Source of the DNA: Tubulanus polymorphus
Taxonomy: Eukaryota; Animalia; Nemertea
Reading direction: 5' to 3'
DNA length: 64,000 nucleotides
Assembly: GCF_964204645.1 (NCBI RefSeq)
Contig: NC_134032.1
Span: 15,674,275 to 15,738,274, forward strand
The position numbers and the translations under genes are program-made. The notes beneath the pieces were generated by a model that saw only the letters and a list, made by a program, of their open reading frames with translations, searched no databases and was not told where the DNA came from. Below, piece after piece: positions 63,915-64,000 of the stretch (positions are counted from its first letter, which is position 1; every line of letters starts with the position of its first letter).

Positions 63915-64000
63915 ACCGTTCAGACTTCGCGATTTCTTATATACGAAAACCCGATCTCTGTGGGGCTAGGTGCCGACTTTGACGCATAGAAACTGACATT

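Overview
AT-rich, repeat-dense eukaryotic (invertebrate animal-like) genomic DNA with GT-AG spliced genes; no prokaryotic features. In order: the 5' half of a DIRS-type retrotransposon (gag plus overlapping RT ORF, minus strand, runs off the window start); a ~680-730-bp tandem repeat whose units each carry a 30-nt splice-flanked micro-exon, apparently part of an unannotated all-phase-0 micro-exon gene; an 8-exon SLC35F3/F4-like transporter; two identical tRNA-Leu(TAA) genes; a 10-exon divergent class I phosphatidylinositol transfer protein; a 6-exon calmodulin-like gene over ~18 kb; a 3-coding-exon orphan gene (137 aa); and a U2 snRNA gene. Introns and intergenic DNA hold MITEs, tRNA-derived SINE pieces, Penelope-like terminal fragments and many minisatellites. 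The strongest novel signal is two tandem arrays (about 15 and 11 copies) of a 69-bp unit that reads as a minimal type I hammerhead ribozyme. All gene models were assembled by eye from splice signals and frame continuity, without database searches.
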